Shown: piece after piece, positions 9,358-19,114 of the stretch
Layout of the letters: each line of letters begins with the position of its first letter
How positions within the stretch are numbered: position 1 is the stretch's first letter
From: a virus
Lineage: Duplodnaviria > Caudoviricetes
Virus record (IMG/VR): IMGVR_UViG_3300010366_000018
Span: 1 to 46,814 of that record
Length of the DNA stretch: 46,814 nucleotides
Direction: 5' to 3' (one strand)
Made by a program: the position numbers and the translations under genes
The notes under the pieces: generated by a model
What the model saw: the letters and a program-made list of their open reading frames with translations, nothing else
The model's database searches: none
What the model was told of the DNA's origin: nothing

Positions 9358-10718
9358 TGGCCACGCAGACGCAGCCGCAGAACCCGATCAACCAGCCGTA
9401 TACCTACGCGCAGTTGCAGCAGCTTGCGGAGCAGCAAGCTACGGCTGCGATTGCTGGTGAGAACGCCCCGCTTCAGGCGCAGGTGGGAACATACGGCTCG
9501 CAAAAAACTGCGGCTGAGAAGACCATCGGTGCAGAGTTTGGGGCGTTGCAGCCGTACGTTCAGCAGTCCGCGAATCAGGTGCAGGCTGGTGCTCAGCAGG
9601 CGGAGTCGATTGCACAGCAAGTATTCGCGGCCGCGGGCACGCGCATGAATCAGCTCCATCAGCAGCAGGCGCAGGAGGCACAGCAACTTGCTCAGCAGAT
9701 GGGTGGGCCTGTGACGTCTGGTACGTTTACCGACGCACTCGCTCCCGCCGAGGGTGTCCTACCGTCTGAGCAGGGCGCTGGCGTACTGGGGTCGCTGAGC
9801 AACGCCCTGACTGACACTGTGGCAGCACAGAAGTTCGCTGGTCAGGTGTTCCCAGCCATGAGAACGGAGGATGTCGCGAAGTCCGACGCATACTTCAACG
9901 ATCAGATCAAGCAGCTACAAGATCAGATCGACAAGAACGCTGGTGCGAAGTCAGACCTCGTCAACTCCAAGCTCAACGACCTCGTCCAGCAGGAGCGAGC
10001 GTTCAAGCAGAGTATCGCCCAGCAGCATCTGGAGAGGTTGAAGGCGCAGCGTGACTGGAAGGTGCAGCAGGCCTCGCTACACTCCCAGAAGATCCGTGAT
10101 GCACTAGCGACGAGGGCTGCGAAACAGGCCGGCGTTCGCATCGGGCAGGAGCAGCAGCGGATCAACATCGAGCGGCAGCACGTCACGCGGGCTGACCGTC
10201 TCGCGGCGCAGCGCATGGGCCTCTCTGTAGCAGAATTCAAGCAGCGTCAGTACCACGAGAATCAGACCGCGAAGGTCGGTCAGGCAAAACTAGCGGAGGG
10301 GTTGTCCAAGGACATTACCTCGCTGGTACAGAGCTCCATGGGTGGGGGTCATCCCATCAGCACCCACGTTCGCAGTTACGTTCCCGGCGCCTACGGCAAC
10401 TCAGCATTCCAGTCTCACTCGGGTGAGTACTTCGATCCACACCATGGGCCTAAGGGCAAGGACGGCAAGCCCGTGGGGCAGTGGTACAAGATCGCCATCG
10501 AATCGAAGCCAGCCTCGGGGCATGTCGTCCACGACCCGAATCGGCTGTTCGCTCTCGCACGCGCGAGTTACCCACAGTTCGGGAGGAAGCGCACTATCAA
10601 CCTCATCCGTGCGCAGAACCCCGCATGGAAGAACTGGAAGCCGGGTCAGAAGATCGCCCCACCGCCCCCGAAGCCCAAGAAGACGCCCAAGAACCCGCCT
10701 AGCGTATTCGGTCCGTAA
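9357..10718 (+). CDS. Putative internal virion (ejection) protein, 453 aa
   Basis: Q/A-rich coiled-coil sequence; TAATG coupling; podovirus position. Confidence 0.6.
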   Translation: MATQTQPQNPINQPYTYAQLQQLAEQQATAAIAGENAPLQAQVGTYGSQKTAAEKTIGAEFGALQPYVQQSANQVQAGAQQAESIAQQVFAAAGTRMNQLHQQQAQEAQQLAQQMGGPVTSGTFTDALAPAEGVLPSEQGAGVLGSLSNALTDTVAAQKFAGQVFPAMRTEDVAKSDAYFNDQIKQLQDQIDKNAGAKSDLVNSKLNDLVQQERAFKQSIAQQHLERLKAQRDWKVQQASLHSQKIRDALATRAAKQAGVRIGQEQQRINIERQHVTRADRLAAQRMGLSVAEFKQRQYHENQTAKVGQAKLAEGLSKDITSLVQSSMGGGHPISTHVRSYVPGAYGNSAFQSHSGEYFDPHHGPKGKDGKPVGQWYKIAIESKPASGHVVHDPNRLFALARASYPQFGRKRTINLIRAQNPAWKNWKPGQKIAPPPPKPKKTPKNPPSVFGP

Positions 10719-13700
10719 TGCCAGTCGGCGAACAGTTCCTCGGTCCAGGTCACTTGCCTCGCCTGGGGCAGGGCTTTAGAGGCAGGCTCCCGCAACTGGG
10801 TGGACCTCCAGGCCTGCACCCGCTGCCAGGGATCCCACACATCCACAATGTGCCCCGGCCCTCTCCGATCAACATGGGTGCAGTCGCGCAGGTCGGTCGT
10901 CGGCCTCGGCCACAGAACCCGCTGACGGCCGGCCTGCCCTCGTTCATACAGCATCTTCCGCGAGTCCCACTCGCGCAGGCGCAGCCGAGTAAGCACGAAC
11001 AGCAGGCGCTGAACCACATCTGGTCCGACGATGTGGTCGGGCTCAAGAAGATGCCAAAGCAGGTCAAGCAGCTCATCATGAATCCAACCCCGCTGATGCA
11101 GGCCCACATCAACTCGCACCCCAGCATGCCTCAGAACCATCAGGACCTGCAGTTCGCTGTGGCCAACAACAACTATAACATGAACAGCCCCGCATGGAAG
11201 CAACGAGTCAACAAGGCAGCCTTCACCCCCCAATTCAGGCAGCAATTGAAGCAGATCGGGCGAGAGGCGAAGAAGCAGCAACAGATGCCGTCGGGTGTGC
11301 AGGAGATGGGGTTGGGTGGACTCATGACCTTCGGCCCCGTTGCTAACTATCTGCAGAAAAGTGTCGCTACGCCGATTGCGAAGCTGGGTACAGGGCTTGG
11401 TCCGGGTGTCGCTGACCTCGCTGTACATGGTTACAAGGAAGGTGCACACCTCGGGTACTCAACTGCGAGGGCCATGGGTCTACACCCGGGTGGGGGAGAT
11501 CCGGGGAGCCAGGGCGCGTACTTCAAGGGCCTGGGTGGAGAGATGCTCCACAGCTACAGGCAGACGTTCACGCACCCACTGTGGGACCTCAAGAACCCAG
11601 TCGAGGCAGGCCTGAACATTCTACCCTTCGTTACTGCAGGCGCAGGGGCAGCGTTGAAGGCAGGAGATATCGCAGAGATTGCAGGCCGTGTCGACCTTAG
11701 CGCCTCTGAGAAGGCAGCTCAGATCGCTTCGCGGTTGAAGGCGCCTCACGGCTATGAGCGACGCATCAGCGTTGGTATCCCGGACAGGCATTTCGATACC
11801 GCAGGCTTCGACTCCCACGGCTTCCACAAGGAAGATTACGTACCGCCTGCACATCTGGGTGGTAACCACTTCCCACGCATGCCTATCTACGCGAATCCGA
11901 AGAACCCCGCCGAGTCGATCTTCGGTCCGCCCGGGTTGGGGCACGCAGACATCATGCCAGTCCATGGTCCTCACGGGCATGTGCAGGCATCAGCGATCAT
12001 TGGCGATGACGGTCAGGTAGCGAAGGTCAACCTCCATGGCAAGGGTGGCGGGTTGACGCCTGAGCAGGAGAAGAACCTCGCTGAGGCGCTCAGGCAGCAT
12101 GCCAACGACAAGCTTGACGAGGCAGGACGTGAGACGCTGCACACGATCACACCACCGACCGCCAAGAGTTCTATCGGTGCCCTCATGCAGATGGGGATCG
12201 ACAAGATGACCGAGCGCGCCATGGCTGGTGATCTCCACGGCACGCCGAATATCCGTGCGTTCGGTCGGTACTACAAGCTACCACGCCCGGTGATGAATCG
12301 TCTCCAGGCACGCTGGGGCAAGCTCGGTCGCCTTGACCTCGAGATGAACACTCAGATCCAACGCGGGGTCGCTGAGCAGCAGATCCTCAAGGAGTTGCAC
12401 GATCTTCATGGTGCTCCTCGCCCGCTGACGCAGGCTCAAGCTGAGAGAATGGGCATCTCCCCCGCTGAGGCACAGAAAGAGGCTTACGGCAAGGGTGCAG
12501 CGCAGGTGCATGCCGAGGAGTGGCACAATCTCTGGAACGGTGGGATGGGTGCCAACGACCACATCCTCCACAATCTCGATGACTACGTAGCGATCAAGAA
12601 GCCGCAGTCACGCGAGGACATCATCAAGAACTTCAAGGCTTACAGTAACAACAAAGCTATCGCTGATCAGTGGCACGGCATGGTACAGGGCGGCAAGAAC
12701 TGGCAGGATGCAGTTCGTGAGAACCCCGACGACTACAGCTTCATGCCGAAGAAGGCGTTCAACGCCATGCGTCCAGTACCGAGTGAAAAGATGGCTGGCG
12801 TCGGTAGTTTCCTACAGCCGATGGACAACGTGACGCAGATCATTCGTTCGGGTAGGTTCATGACCCCAGCATACCTCCAGTGGGCAGTTCAGAATGGGGT
12901 CCTCCACCTCTCGCAGGCTGGTGCGTTCGCCTTCCGTAACTTCAACAGGGCTCGACACGAGTTACCGAAGCTGTCACCTGAGGACCGAGCATTCTTCGAG
13001 AACTCCGCAGGTTCGGGTCACTATGGTGGTGGTATCACTCGCGCGAGCATGGGCAGTGAGGAGACGAAGCTGGGTTCGGCGGGACTCGAGAAGCTCAAGC
13101 CAGTCGCCAAGTACAAGGACTTCGCAGCGAAGGCTGCTCGTATGTGGCACGCTGTGGACGATGCGCCATTCCGCAACGCAAGCCTCGTACACGAGCTAGC
13201 GCGATACGGCTACCACAATGCTGAAGACTGGTCGAAGCTCATCAAGAACAACCCACAGCGCTTCCGCATGATCGCGCGGCAGGCACAGCGTGAGGCTATC
13301 GACTACAGCGAGATGTCGCCAGCTGAGCGTGCGACGTTCCAGAAGATGTTCACGGCATGGGGCTGGACGAGAGGGGCAACATCATGGGCGGGGCGTTTCC
13401 CCTTCCAACACCCGTTCCAGGCCACTGTGGGAGCGCAGGTTGCACGTCATGGTGAGAAGCAGGTCGAGGCTCCGTACGAGAAGGCTGGCGGGATGGTCCC
13501 CGAATGGCTGGCAACCTCACTCCCCATCGGTAAGGGTGGTAGAGGTCTGCTCGATACCAACGTGATCAGTCCGTTCTCGACGCCCGGTGAGCTGATGCAG
13601 GCGATGGGTGGACTGACGCACGGCCAGACCCAGAATCTCGGTGCCCTCGAGGCACCTACACCCTCCTCGATCACGGAGTGGGCGTTGGGGCGAGACAAGT

Positions 13701-14386
13701 ACGGCAACGCGCTTCGCGGCAACGAGCGCATCAGGACTCCGATCCAGGACCTCATCAATCGCTTCAAGCCGATCAGTGTCTATCACGCCCTTGTGGGTTC
13801 TAAGCATGGAGGCGGGACTTTCGAGCAGTCCAGACTCGGGGCGCTGGAGCAGTTCATGGGAGTACCGTACGAGAAGCTCACGAACCTGCCGAAGACTGCC
13901 GCACTCGGCATGAAGGACTACGAGCAATCGCTGAGCATGCCCGACGAGATCAACTTCCGCCACGACTACACCATGAAGCAGCTCCCAAGGGAGCTGAAGA
14001 TCTACGCGAAGAAGAACGGCTCACCGCTCTCAGCCAGCGACAAGGCGATGCTGGTACACGACATAGCCGCCGTCCATGACCGCGACATCTATCAGTACCA
14101 GTACGCCCAGAAGTACGGGGCGAGGTCGTTCAAGTCACTACCAGCCTCGGATCGCGCCAAGGCAGGTATTCAGTTCATGGTGGAGCACAAGTTCTTCACC
14201 CCAGAGATCGCGCGTGAGGCGAGACAGTACATGTCTCAGGCCAAGAACGAGAAGGAGATGGATACTGCCGCATCGAAGATCTGGGACTACGGCGGACGCA
14301 CAGGTCCCATCGGCCACGTCTCCACGAGGTGGAAGGACATGCTCAAGAAGATGCAGCCACCCCCGCTCGAGGCAGGTAGGAAGTAA
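10718..14386 (+). CDS. Large putative internal virion (ejection) protein, 1222 aa
   Basis: Longest ORF, helical, at the end of the structural module; TAATG coupling. Confidence 0.65.
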   Translation: MPVGEQFLGPGHLPRLGQGFRGRLPQLGGPPGLHPLPGIPHIHNVPRPSPINMGAVAQVGRRPRPQNPLTAGLPSFIQHLPRVPLAQAQPSKHEQQALNHIWSDDVVGLKKMPKQVKQLIMNPTPLMQAHINSHPSMPQNHQDLQFAVANNNYNMNSPAWKQRVNKAAFTPQFRQQLKQIGREAKKQQQMPSGVQEMGLGGLMTFGPVANYLQKSVATPIAKLGTGLGPGVADLAVHGYKEGAHLGYSTARAMGLHPGGGDPGSQGAYFKGLGGEMLHSYRQTFTHPLWDLKNPVEAGLNILPFVTAGAGAALKAGDIAEIAGRVDLSASEKAAQIASRLKAPHGYERRISVGIPDRHFDTAGFDSHGFHKEDYVPPAHLGGNHFPRMPIYANPKNPAESIFGPPGLGHADIMPVHGPHGHVQASAIIGDDGQVAKVNLHGKGGGLTPEQEKNLAEALRQHANDKLDEAGRETLHTITPPTAKSSIGALMQMGIDKMTERAMAGDLHGTPNIRAFGRYYKLPRPVMNRLQARWGKLGRLDLEMNTQIQRGVAEQQILKELHDLHGAPRPLTQAQAERMGISPAEAQKEAYGKGAAQVHAEEWHNLWNGGMGANDHILHNLDDYVAIKKPQSREDIIKNFKAYSNNKAIADQWHGMVQGGKNWQDAVRENPDDYSFMPKKAFNAMRPVPSEKMAGVGSFLQPMDNVTQIIRSGRFMTPAYLQWAVQNGVLHLSQAGAFAFRNFNRARHELPKLSPEDRAFFENSAGSGHYGGGITRASMGSEETKLGSAGLEKLKPVAKYKDFAAKAARMWHAVDDAPFRNASLVHELARYGYHNAEDWSKLIKNNPQRFRMIARQAQREAIDYSEMSPAERATFQKMFTAWGWTRGATSWAGRFPFQHPFQATVGAQVARHGEKQVEAPYEKAGGMVPEWLATSLPIGKGGRGLLDTNVISPFSTPGELMQAMGGLTHGQTQNLGALEAPTPSSITEWALGRDKYGNALRGNERIRTPIQDLINRFKPISVYHALVGSKHGGGTFEQSRLGALEQFMGVPYEKLTNLPKTAALGMKDYEQSLSMPDEINFRHDYTMKQLPRELKIYAKKNGSPLSASDKAMLVHDIAAVHDRDIYQYQYAQKYGARSFKSLPASDRAKAGIQFMVEHKFFTPEIAREARQYMSQAKNEKEMDTAASKIWDYGGRTGPIGHVSTRWKDMLKKMQPPPLEAGRK

Positions 14387-15465
14387 TGGCTAACCTCAGC
14401 AAGTTCGCACGCAGCATCCAGGAAGCGTCAGCCAGGTACGGCATCCCTGTGGGTTTGCTCGAGCGCCAGATCATGGCAGAGAGTGGGGGCAATCCCGGCG
14501 CCGAGTCGCCCATGGGTGCAGTCGGTCTGATGCAACTGATGCCCGAGACAGCAAAGGGTCTAGGCGTCTCCAACCCATACGACCCGCACCAGAGTATCAT
14601 GGGCGGTGCACGGTACCTCGCCGAGCAGAAGCAGAAGTTCGGCAACTGGCGCGAAGCCCTCGCCGCATACAATGCCGGCCCTGGTGCTGTGGCCAAGTAT
14701 GGCGGGGTCCCCCCATTCGCTGAGACAAAGGCCTACGTACAGAAGATCCTCGGCGGTTTACCAAGCCCCACAAGCGTGGGGGCTGCTCCCCAGGAATCGC
14801 TGCCGGCCCTTACTGCCTCAGCCGGCTTGGGTGATAGCGCCCCCACACACCAGATGGATATGCTTGGTCTAGCGCAGAAATTGATGGGGCCCTCTGACAT
14901 GCCCGACCCCCCAGGAGTCGAGGAACCAAAGCTCGCGTCTGACTTGGGTGCACTAGACTGGCGACAGTTCCTGCCTGGCGGGCACAAGGGTAACGCAGGC
15001 AACTCAGCGCTGCAAGGCATGGGTCAAGTCCCACGCTTCTCTGTGGACCTACAAGGTGGCGGGGGTGTACATGGCATCGTGCAAGCCGCGAAGGGGTATC
15101 TTGGCGTCCCGTACAAGTGGGGTGGCACCTCCCGTCAGGGAGGGATGGATTGCTCCGGGTTCCTGCAGAACGTGATGAAGGATGTGGGTGTGAAGATCGG
15201 GCGCACGACCTACGAGCAGGTCAAGGAAGGCTCGCCGGTTGATCTGAAGCACCTACAGCCAGGTGACGCCGTGTTCACGGAACCAGGTCACGCGGGTCCC
15301 AATCATGTAGGCCTCTACGTAGGGCATGGCATGATCCAGGAGTCTCCGCACACGGGGACAGTGAACTCCTACATTCCCCTCAAGAACTTCCTCGGGGGTG
15401 GGTTTGTCGCGGCGCGTCGGTATACGGGACATCTGCCGCGGCCAGGGGCGAAGGGCAAGAAGTAA
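14386..15465 (+). CDS. Virion-associated peptidoglycan hydrolase: SLT lytic transglycosylase + NlpC/P60 peptidase
   Basis: AESGGNP.A.S..GA.GLMQLMP.TA and ALAAYNAGPG (SLT); YLGVPYKWGG...DCSG...HVGLY (NlpC/P60). Confidence 0.92.
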   Translation: MANLSKFARSIQEASARYGIPVGLLERQIMAESGGNPGAESPMGAVGLMQLMPETAKGLGVSNPYDPHQSIMGGARYLAEQKQKFGNWREALAAYNAGPGAVAKYGGVPPFAETKAYVQKILGGLPSPTSVGAAPQESLPALTASAGLGDSAPTHQMDMLGLAQKLMGPSDMPDPPGVEEPKLASDLGALDWRQFLPGGHKGNAGNSALQGMGQVPRFSVDLQGGGGVHGIVQAAKGYLGVPYKWGGTSRQGGMDCSGFLQNVMKDVGVKIGRTTYEQVKEGSPVDLKHLQPGDAVFTEPGHAGPNHVGLYVGHGMIQESPHTGTVNSYIPLKNFLGGGFVAARRYTGHLPRPGAKGKK

Positions 15466-15546
15466 TCCCCACCGCCTTGCGGGGGTGAAGACTGGCCGCC
15501 GCTCACCGGCCAGCGCAGCAGACTCTCCGTCCGTCAGCTGCGAGGA

Positions 15547-15580
15547 GAGGGTGGGGGTGTCAGCCTCATCCCCCACCCTC
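15547..15580. terminator. Hairpin between convergent transcription units
   Basis: GAGGGTGGGGG / CCCCCACCCTC, perfect 11-bp stem. Confidence 0.6.
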
Positions 15581-15691
15581 ACACTCGACGACGATCAGCG
15601 TGTCGGCATCACTGTAGCACGCAATAGAAGACGCGTACGGATGCAGGTCATGTCGGGTGACACGTTCACGTCACGCTGAACGCGGTTCACG

Positions 15692-16045
15692 TCACAGCAG
15701 CCCACAAATACGAGCTGTGTTCGGCCAGGGACTGTAGCCTCGCGCGATCACCCCGCGCACCCCAGCTACTAATTGTGCCCACACTGGCCAGTGATCTGCC
15801 GTGCCCCATCGACGAAGGAAACGCCCTCCGTACGTTCCCTGGAAAGACATATCCATCTGTAGCCCACCCCAGTAAGGTGAGTAAGGGTCAGACCAACTGC
15901 CCTCGTAGCGATGGATACATAGAAGGTTATGGACGATGCCGCGATGATGCCTGAGTACTGGGTGGTGCCTATTGCTTGCGCTTGCTATGTCGGGTGTCGC
16001 CGCTAAGATCGTAGCGATAGAAGCGACTACGGCTATGCGAGCCAA
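15692..16045 (-). CDS. Secreted resuscitation-promoting-factor (Rpf)-like lysozyme-fold protein
   Basis: GGAGGT RBS + TTG; signal peptide ending ASA; C.HRYEG (putative catalytic Glu), YWGGLQM, AQ, G..PWP...C resemble the Rpf core. Confidence 0.75.
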   Translation of the reverse strand: MARIAVVASIATILAATPDIASASNRHHPVLRHHRGIVHNLLCIHRYEGSWSDPYSPYWGGLQMDMSFQGTYGGRFLRRWGTADHWPVWAQLVAGVRGVIARGYSPWPNTARICGLL

Positions 16046-16349
16046 GCTCTACCTCCCGGTCGATGATCGCCAGAATGCGAGACACCTGCTCGACCGTTGT
16101 GAAGACCGCGCCGTATCCCCCAGCGCTCACGATTTCGTCGAGGACCACTAGCTGTTTAGTGGTGGGTGTGTTCCCCGGCATCTTCGCCTCTAGCCCTAAG
16201 AACCTGCCTCTATAGCAGACGAGCAGGTCCGGTATGCCAACCTCCTGGAAAGACTCAGCATCCCCCATTATCTTGAACGCTCGAGCGCCCTTCTGCCGCA
16301 ACATGCGACGAGTGTTGGCTACGAGCTTTCCCTCGGGTTGGCGTGACAT
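15969..16349 (-). CDS. VRR-NUC domain nuclease / resolvase
   Basis: GIPDLL..YRGRFLGLEAK.PG...T..Q PD-(D/E)XK pattern. Confidence 0.85.
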   Translation of the reverse strand: MSRQPEGKLVANTRRMLRQKGARAFKIMGDAESFQEVGIPDLLVCYRGRFLGLEAKMPGNTPTTKQLVVLDEIVSAGGYGAVFTTVEQVSRILAIIDREVELGSHSRSRFYRYDLSGDTRHSKRKQ

Positions 16350-16370
16350 GACTATGTAAGTATACCAAAA

Positions 16371-16410
16371 GTGGGAGGAGACCCCACCGCAAAGGGGTCC
16401 CCTCCCTCCC
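16371..16410 (-). terminator. Intrinsic terminator-like hairpin
   Basis: Minus strand GGAGGGGACCCC-loop-GGGGTCTCCTCC followed by CACTTTT. Confidence 0.55.
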
Positions 16411-16424
16411 GCGCGCAGCGGAAC

Positions 16425-16577
16425 CTAAACCTTCTTCGTGATGGTGATGTCGTCCATCCCCATCTCTTGTAGCGTGTCGTGAAGCTTCTCGAAGGCGTCG
16501 TTGGTCATCCCAGTGTCGTTCTCCGGGTCCTGGTCAGCCTCCGGCACGTCGTAGTGCATGACGATCCTGATCTGCAT
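16425..16577 (-). CDS. Hypothetical protein (50 aa, not in ORF track)
   Basis: TAATG coupling to the SSB gene; MQIRIVMHYDVPEADQDPEND...ITKKV. Confidence 0.6.
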   Translation of the reverse strand: MQIRIVMHYDVPEADQDPENDTGMTNDAFEKLHDTLQEMGMDDITITKKV

Positions 16578-17110
16578 TACAGCTCCTCCACGTCTACGTC
16601 TTCGAGATCTTCATCTTCCTCGTCTTCTTCTTCGTCGTCTTCCTCCTCTTCTTCCTCATCATCATCTTCATCGTCGTCCTCATCCTCGTCCCCATTCTCC
16701 TCGAACTTGTCCGCCGGCTGGTAGTCGACGATCTGCGAGCGGATCTTGCCTTCGTACTCGTCGTCTTCCACCGTGATCGTGACGGGCTTGCCGTACACGG
16801 CCTCCGGGTCGAAGTTGAGCACCTTGCCCGCGATGTTCTTGCCGGTCGCAGCGTGGATCAGATTGCGCAGATTCCACAGTGCGTCTGGCTTGAGGGACGT
16901 GCGGTCGTACAGGGTCTTCCCCTTGTACTTCTTGGGTTCGAGGAGCTGGAAGCGCCAGGAGAAGTATCTGCCTCCAGTGCGTTCCGACTTGCGAAGCTCT
17001 GCGTTCACCGGCTTGGCGAGGTAATCGCCCTCCGGTACGTGAGCAGCTCTGCCTCCTGAGCGGATCTCCTTGTCCACTCCACTGAAGTCGATCTTGACTT
17101 TCTTGGCCAC
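16577..17110 (-). CDS. Putative single-stranded DNA-binding protein (DUF669-like)
   Basis: VPEGDY...ALWNLRNL...GKPVTITVEDDEYEGK with long acidic tail; next to the AAA ATPase. Confidence 0.75.
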   Translation of the reverse strand: MAKKVKIDFSGVDKEIRSGGRAAHVPEGDYLAKPVNAELRKSERTGGRYFSWRFQLLEPKKYKGKTLYDRTSLKPDALWNLRNLIHAATGKNIAGKVLNFDPEAVYGKPVTITVEDDEYEGKIRSQIVDYQPADKFEENGDEDEDDDEDDDEEEEEEDDEEEDEEDEDLEDVDVEEL

Positions 17111-17910
17111 TACTTTCCTCCTTCGTAGATCGCAGTCAACATGTCCGCGAGGTCTGGCGCGTCGATGTGGTCAGGGAACACACCGTTGCGGTCCTTCGAG
17201 ATGTAGCGCTCCGAATCGCCTAGGAGCAGCCGGCGCCTGACCTCCTTGCGCGCTTCCTTCGTCTTCTTGTTACGGACTACCACCTCCCTCTTCGTCAGAT
17301 AACCGATAGTACCGACTGCAGCCTTCAATGTCTTCTCGATAGACGGCGACACCTCGGGCCCGTACAGTATCTCACTGTCGTCATCCTCATCATCCCCCGT
17401 CTGCTTGGCGCGTAGCTGGGCGACGAAGATCACGTTCATCGGCAAGTTCCTGTAGTTGATGATCTGCGTTCTCATCAGTTTCCCCACCTTGCCCCACGCT
17501 TGCCTCGAGGGCATGTCAGGGTCACGCGACGCGTCTCTGCTCACCTCGTCACCCATCACGAAGTCCATGCAGATGTTCTGCAGGTTCGAGACCGTGTCGA
17601 TAGCCACCGACTCGAACTCATGGTCCCCCTCCTGTAGGAACCAGTAGATGTCGTTGATCTCAGCCCAGTGGGTACAGGGATAGAACATGGGGTCGATGTC
17701 TCGCCTCACGCTATCGTGGCCCTTGTCGTTCACGTCTACGACTAGCACCTTCGGAGCCGATGCAGCGAGTCGTGTCTTACCCACACCTGAGTCACCGTAG
17801 AGACAGAAGTTCTGATTCTGCGGTAGCTGGCTCGCGTGCTTGATCTTCTTGCGAACTCGCTCGCTGACCTGGCTACGGTCAGTCCGCGAGGAGGTCCGGC
17901 TCCGAGGCAT
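17110..17910 (-). CDS. AAA ATPase (AAA_24 / Sak4-like recombination protein)
   Basis: LYGDSGVGKT Walker A, VAIDTVS Walker B, C-terminal KDR. Confidence 0.85.
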   Translation of the reverse strand: MPRSRTSSRTDRSQVSERVRKKIKHASQLPQNQNFCLYGDSGVGKTRLAASAPKVLVVDVNDKGHDSVRRDIDPMFYPCTHWAEINDIYWFLQEGDHEFESVAIDTVSNLQNICMDFVMGDEVSRDASRDPDMPSRQAWGKVGKLMRTQIINYRNLPMNVIFVAQLRAKQTGDDEDDDSEILYGPEVSPSIEKTLKAAVGTIGYLTKREVVVRNKKTKEARKEVRRRLLLGDSERYISKDRNGVFPDHIDAPDLADMLTAIYEGGK

Positions 17911-18949
17911 ATCTCTCCTCTGCAGTTGTGTAGTCGGCTTTGATGAGCGGGTCTATGTCGAGGCCAGCAAACTCAGCCACACACAGACTGTGGTACTCGC
18001 ACCCCCAACGGCAGTTATAGAAGTAAGAGCGTGGTGCGTACTTGCTACGACGCTGGATGTCACGCACGGAAACGAGGAACTCAAGCAGTGCCTGTTTGAT
18101 CTTCTCATCCTCGACAGGTATTCGCTCTCGGCGATACCACAACACGTCCCGATCCTTGAGCTGCAAGAGCTTCTCGCGGTAGTAGGCCTTCGCGTAGTCC
18201 TTCCACATCTCACCGTGTAACTCCTTGATCGCCCACAGATAGGTGTAGTAATCGGTGTCCATTCGCTGCCTCGTCGAGAGGACACCCTTCTTCAGGATCT
18301 GTGGGATAGCTGGTGGCTTCGTGCGTCCGTAGTCGTAGATGAACCCGCGCAGATCGTAGCCTAGCTTACGACCTGCCCACACGTACATACAGTTCTGTGG
18401 GCTCATCATCCTCTCGTCATCGTCGGGGATACTCCTTACCCACTTCGCATCCCTGATCCAGAGTCCCCCGTACTCCATGTCTTCGACCATGAGGTCGAGC
18501 CTACCCTTGAAGGGGAAGCCTTTACCGACCTTAGGTAGTGGGTATTGGACGATGAACTCGATGGCGGGCTTACCGTTCTTGAGGGCTGCGACGCTGTATT
18601 GCTCTGCCTCGTTCTTCCAGAATCGCAGGTACCCCTTGAACAACCGCCAACATTCGGTCGGGAGGTCACCGTATTCCTCCTTCTCTTCGTCGAACAGTCC
18701 GTCGTACTCCTCTGAGAACTGGGCATGTACGTCCTGCCACGGTGTGTACTTGATCTTGAAGCCACTCTCGCGTGCCCACTGTCGATTGTGGGCCTCCTGT
18801 AGTGCGTGCAGCCACGTCCCCCTGCGAAGCTGTACCTTCGGTCGCTTCGGCACGAGCTCCATCCCGTCCTCAGCGTAGTCATACCGGAACGCGTACTGCT
18901 TCTGGCAACGACGGAACATCTTGATGCGGGACTGATTCATCCCCGGCAT
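17879..18949 (-). CDS. PD-(D/E)XK (Cas4/RecB-like) exonuclease
   Basis: SRIKMFRRC...RGTWLH, GRLDL, IRDAK, C-terminal CRWGCEY..LC. Confidence 0.85.
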   Translation of the reverse strand: MPGMNQSRIKMFRRCQKQYAFRYDYAEDGMELVPKRPKVQLRRGTWLHALQEAHNRQWARESGFKIKYTPWQDVHAQFSEEYDGLFDEEKEEYGDLPTECWRLFKGYLRFWKNEAEQYSVAALKNGKPAIEFIVQYPLPKVGKGFPFKGRLDLMVEDMEYGGLWIRDAKWVRSIPDDDERMMSPQNCMYVWAGRKLGYDLRGFIYDYGRTKPPAIPQILKKGVLSTRQRMDTDYYTYLWAIKELHGEMWKDYAKAYYREKLLQLKDRDVLWYRRERIPVEDEKIKQALLEFLVSVRDIQRRSKYAPRSYFYNCRWGCEYHSLCVAEFAGLDIDPLIKADYTTAEERYASEPDLLAD

Positions 18950-19113
18950 CAGAGACCCTTCTTCACGAGACGCTTCACTGTGGTGCGATGCACACGCCAG
19001 ACTCGGCCGACCTTTAGTGCCTCTATCTTCTCCTCCCGACACCAGCGCGCCACAGTCCTGGGACGCACTCCGACGATACGACCAACCTCGGCGGGCGACA
19101 TGAGTAGTTTCAT
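18949..19113 (-). CDS. Excisionase/MerR-like HTH DNA-binding protein (54 aa, not in ORF track)
   Basis: MKLLMSPAEVGRIVGVRPRTVARWCREEKIEALKVGRVWRV; TGATG coupling to the nuclease. Confidence 0.8.
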   Translation of the reverse strand: MKLLMSPAEVGRIVGVRPRTVARWCREEKIEALKVGRVWRVHRTTVKRLVKKGL

Positions 19114-19114
19114 G

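Noticed and set aside
13793-13805. Extra copy of the GTGGGTTCTAAGC motif
   Set aside because: Inside a long CDS and far from the other copies; probably chance
15466-15690. tRNA, ncRNA or small gene in the convergent gap
   Set aside because: Only hairpins seen; no cloverleaf and no ORF with a convincing RBS
18949-19113. Evidence of lysogeny from the excisionase-like HTH
   Set aside because: No integrase, att site or partition genes recognised
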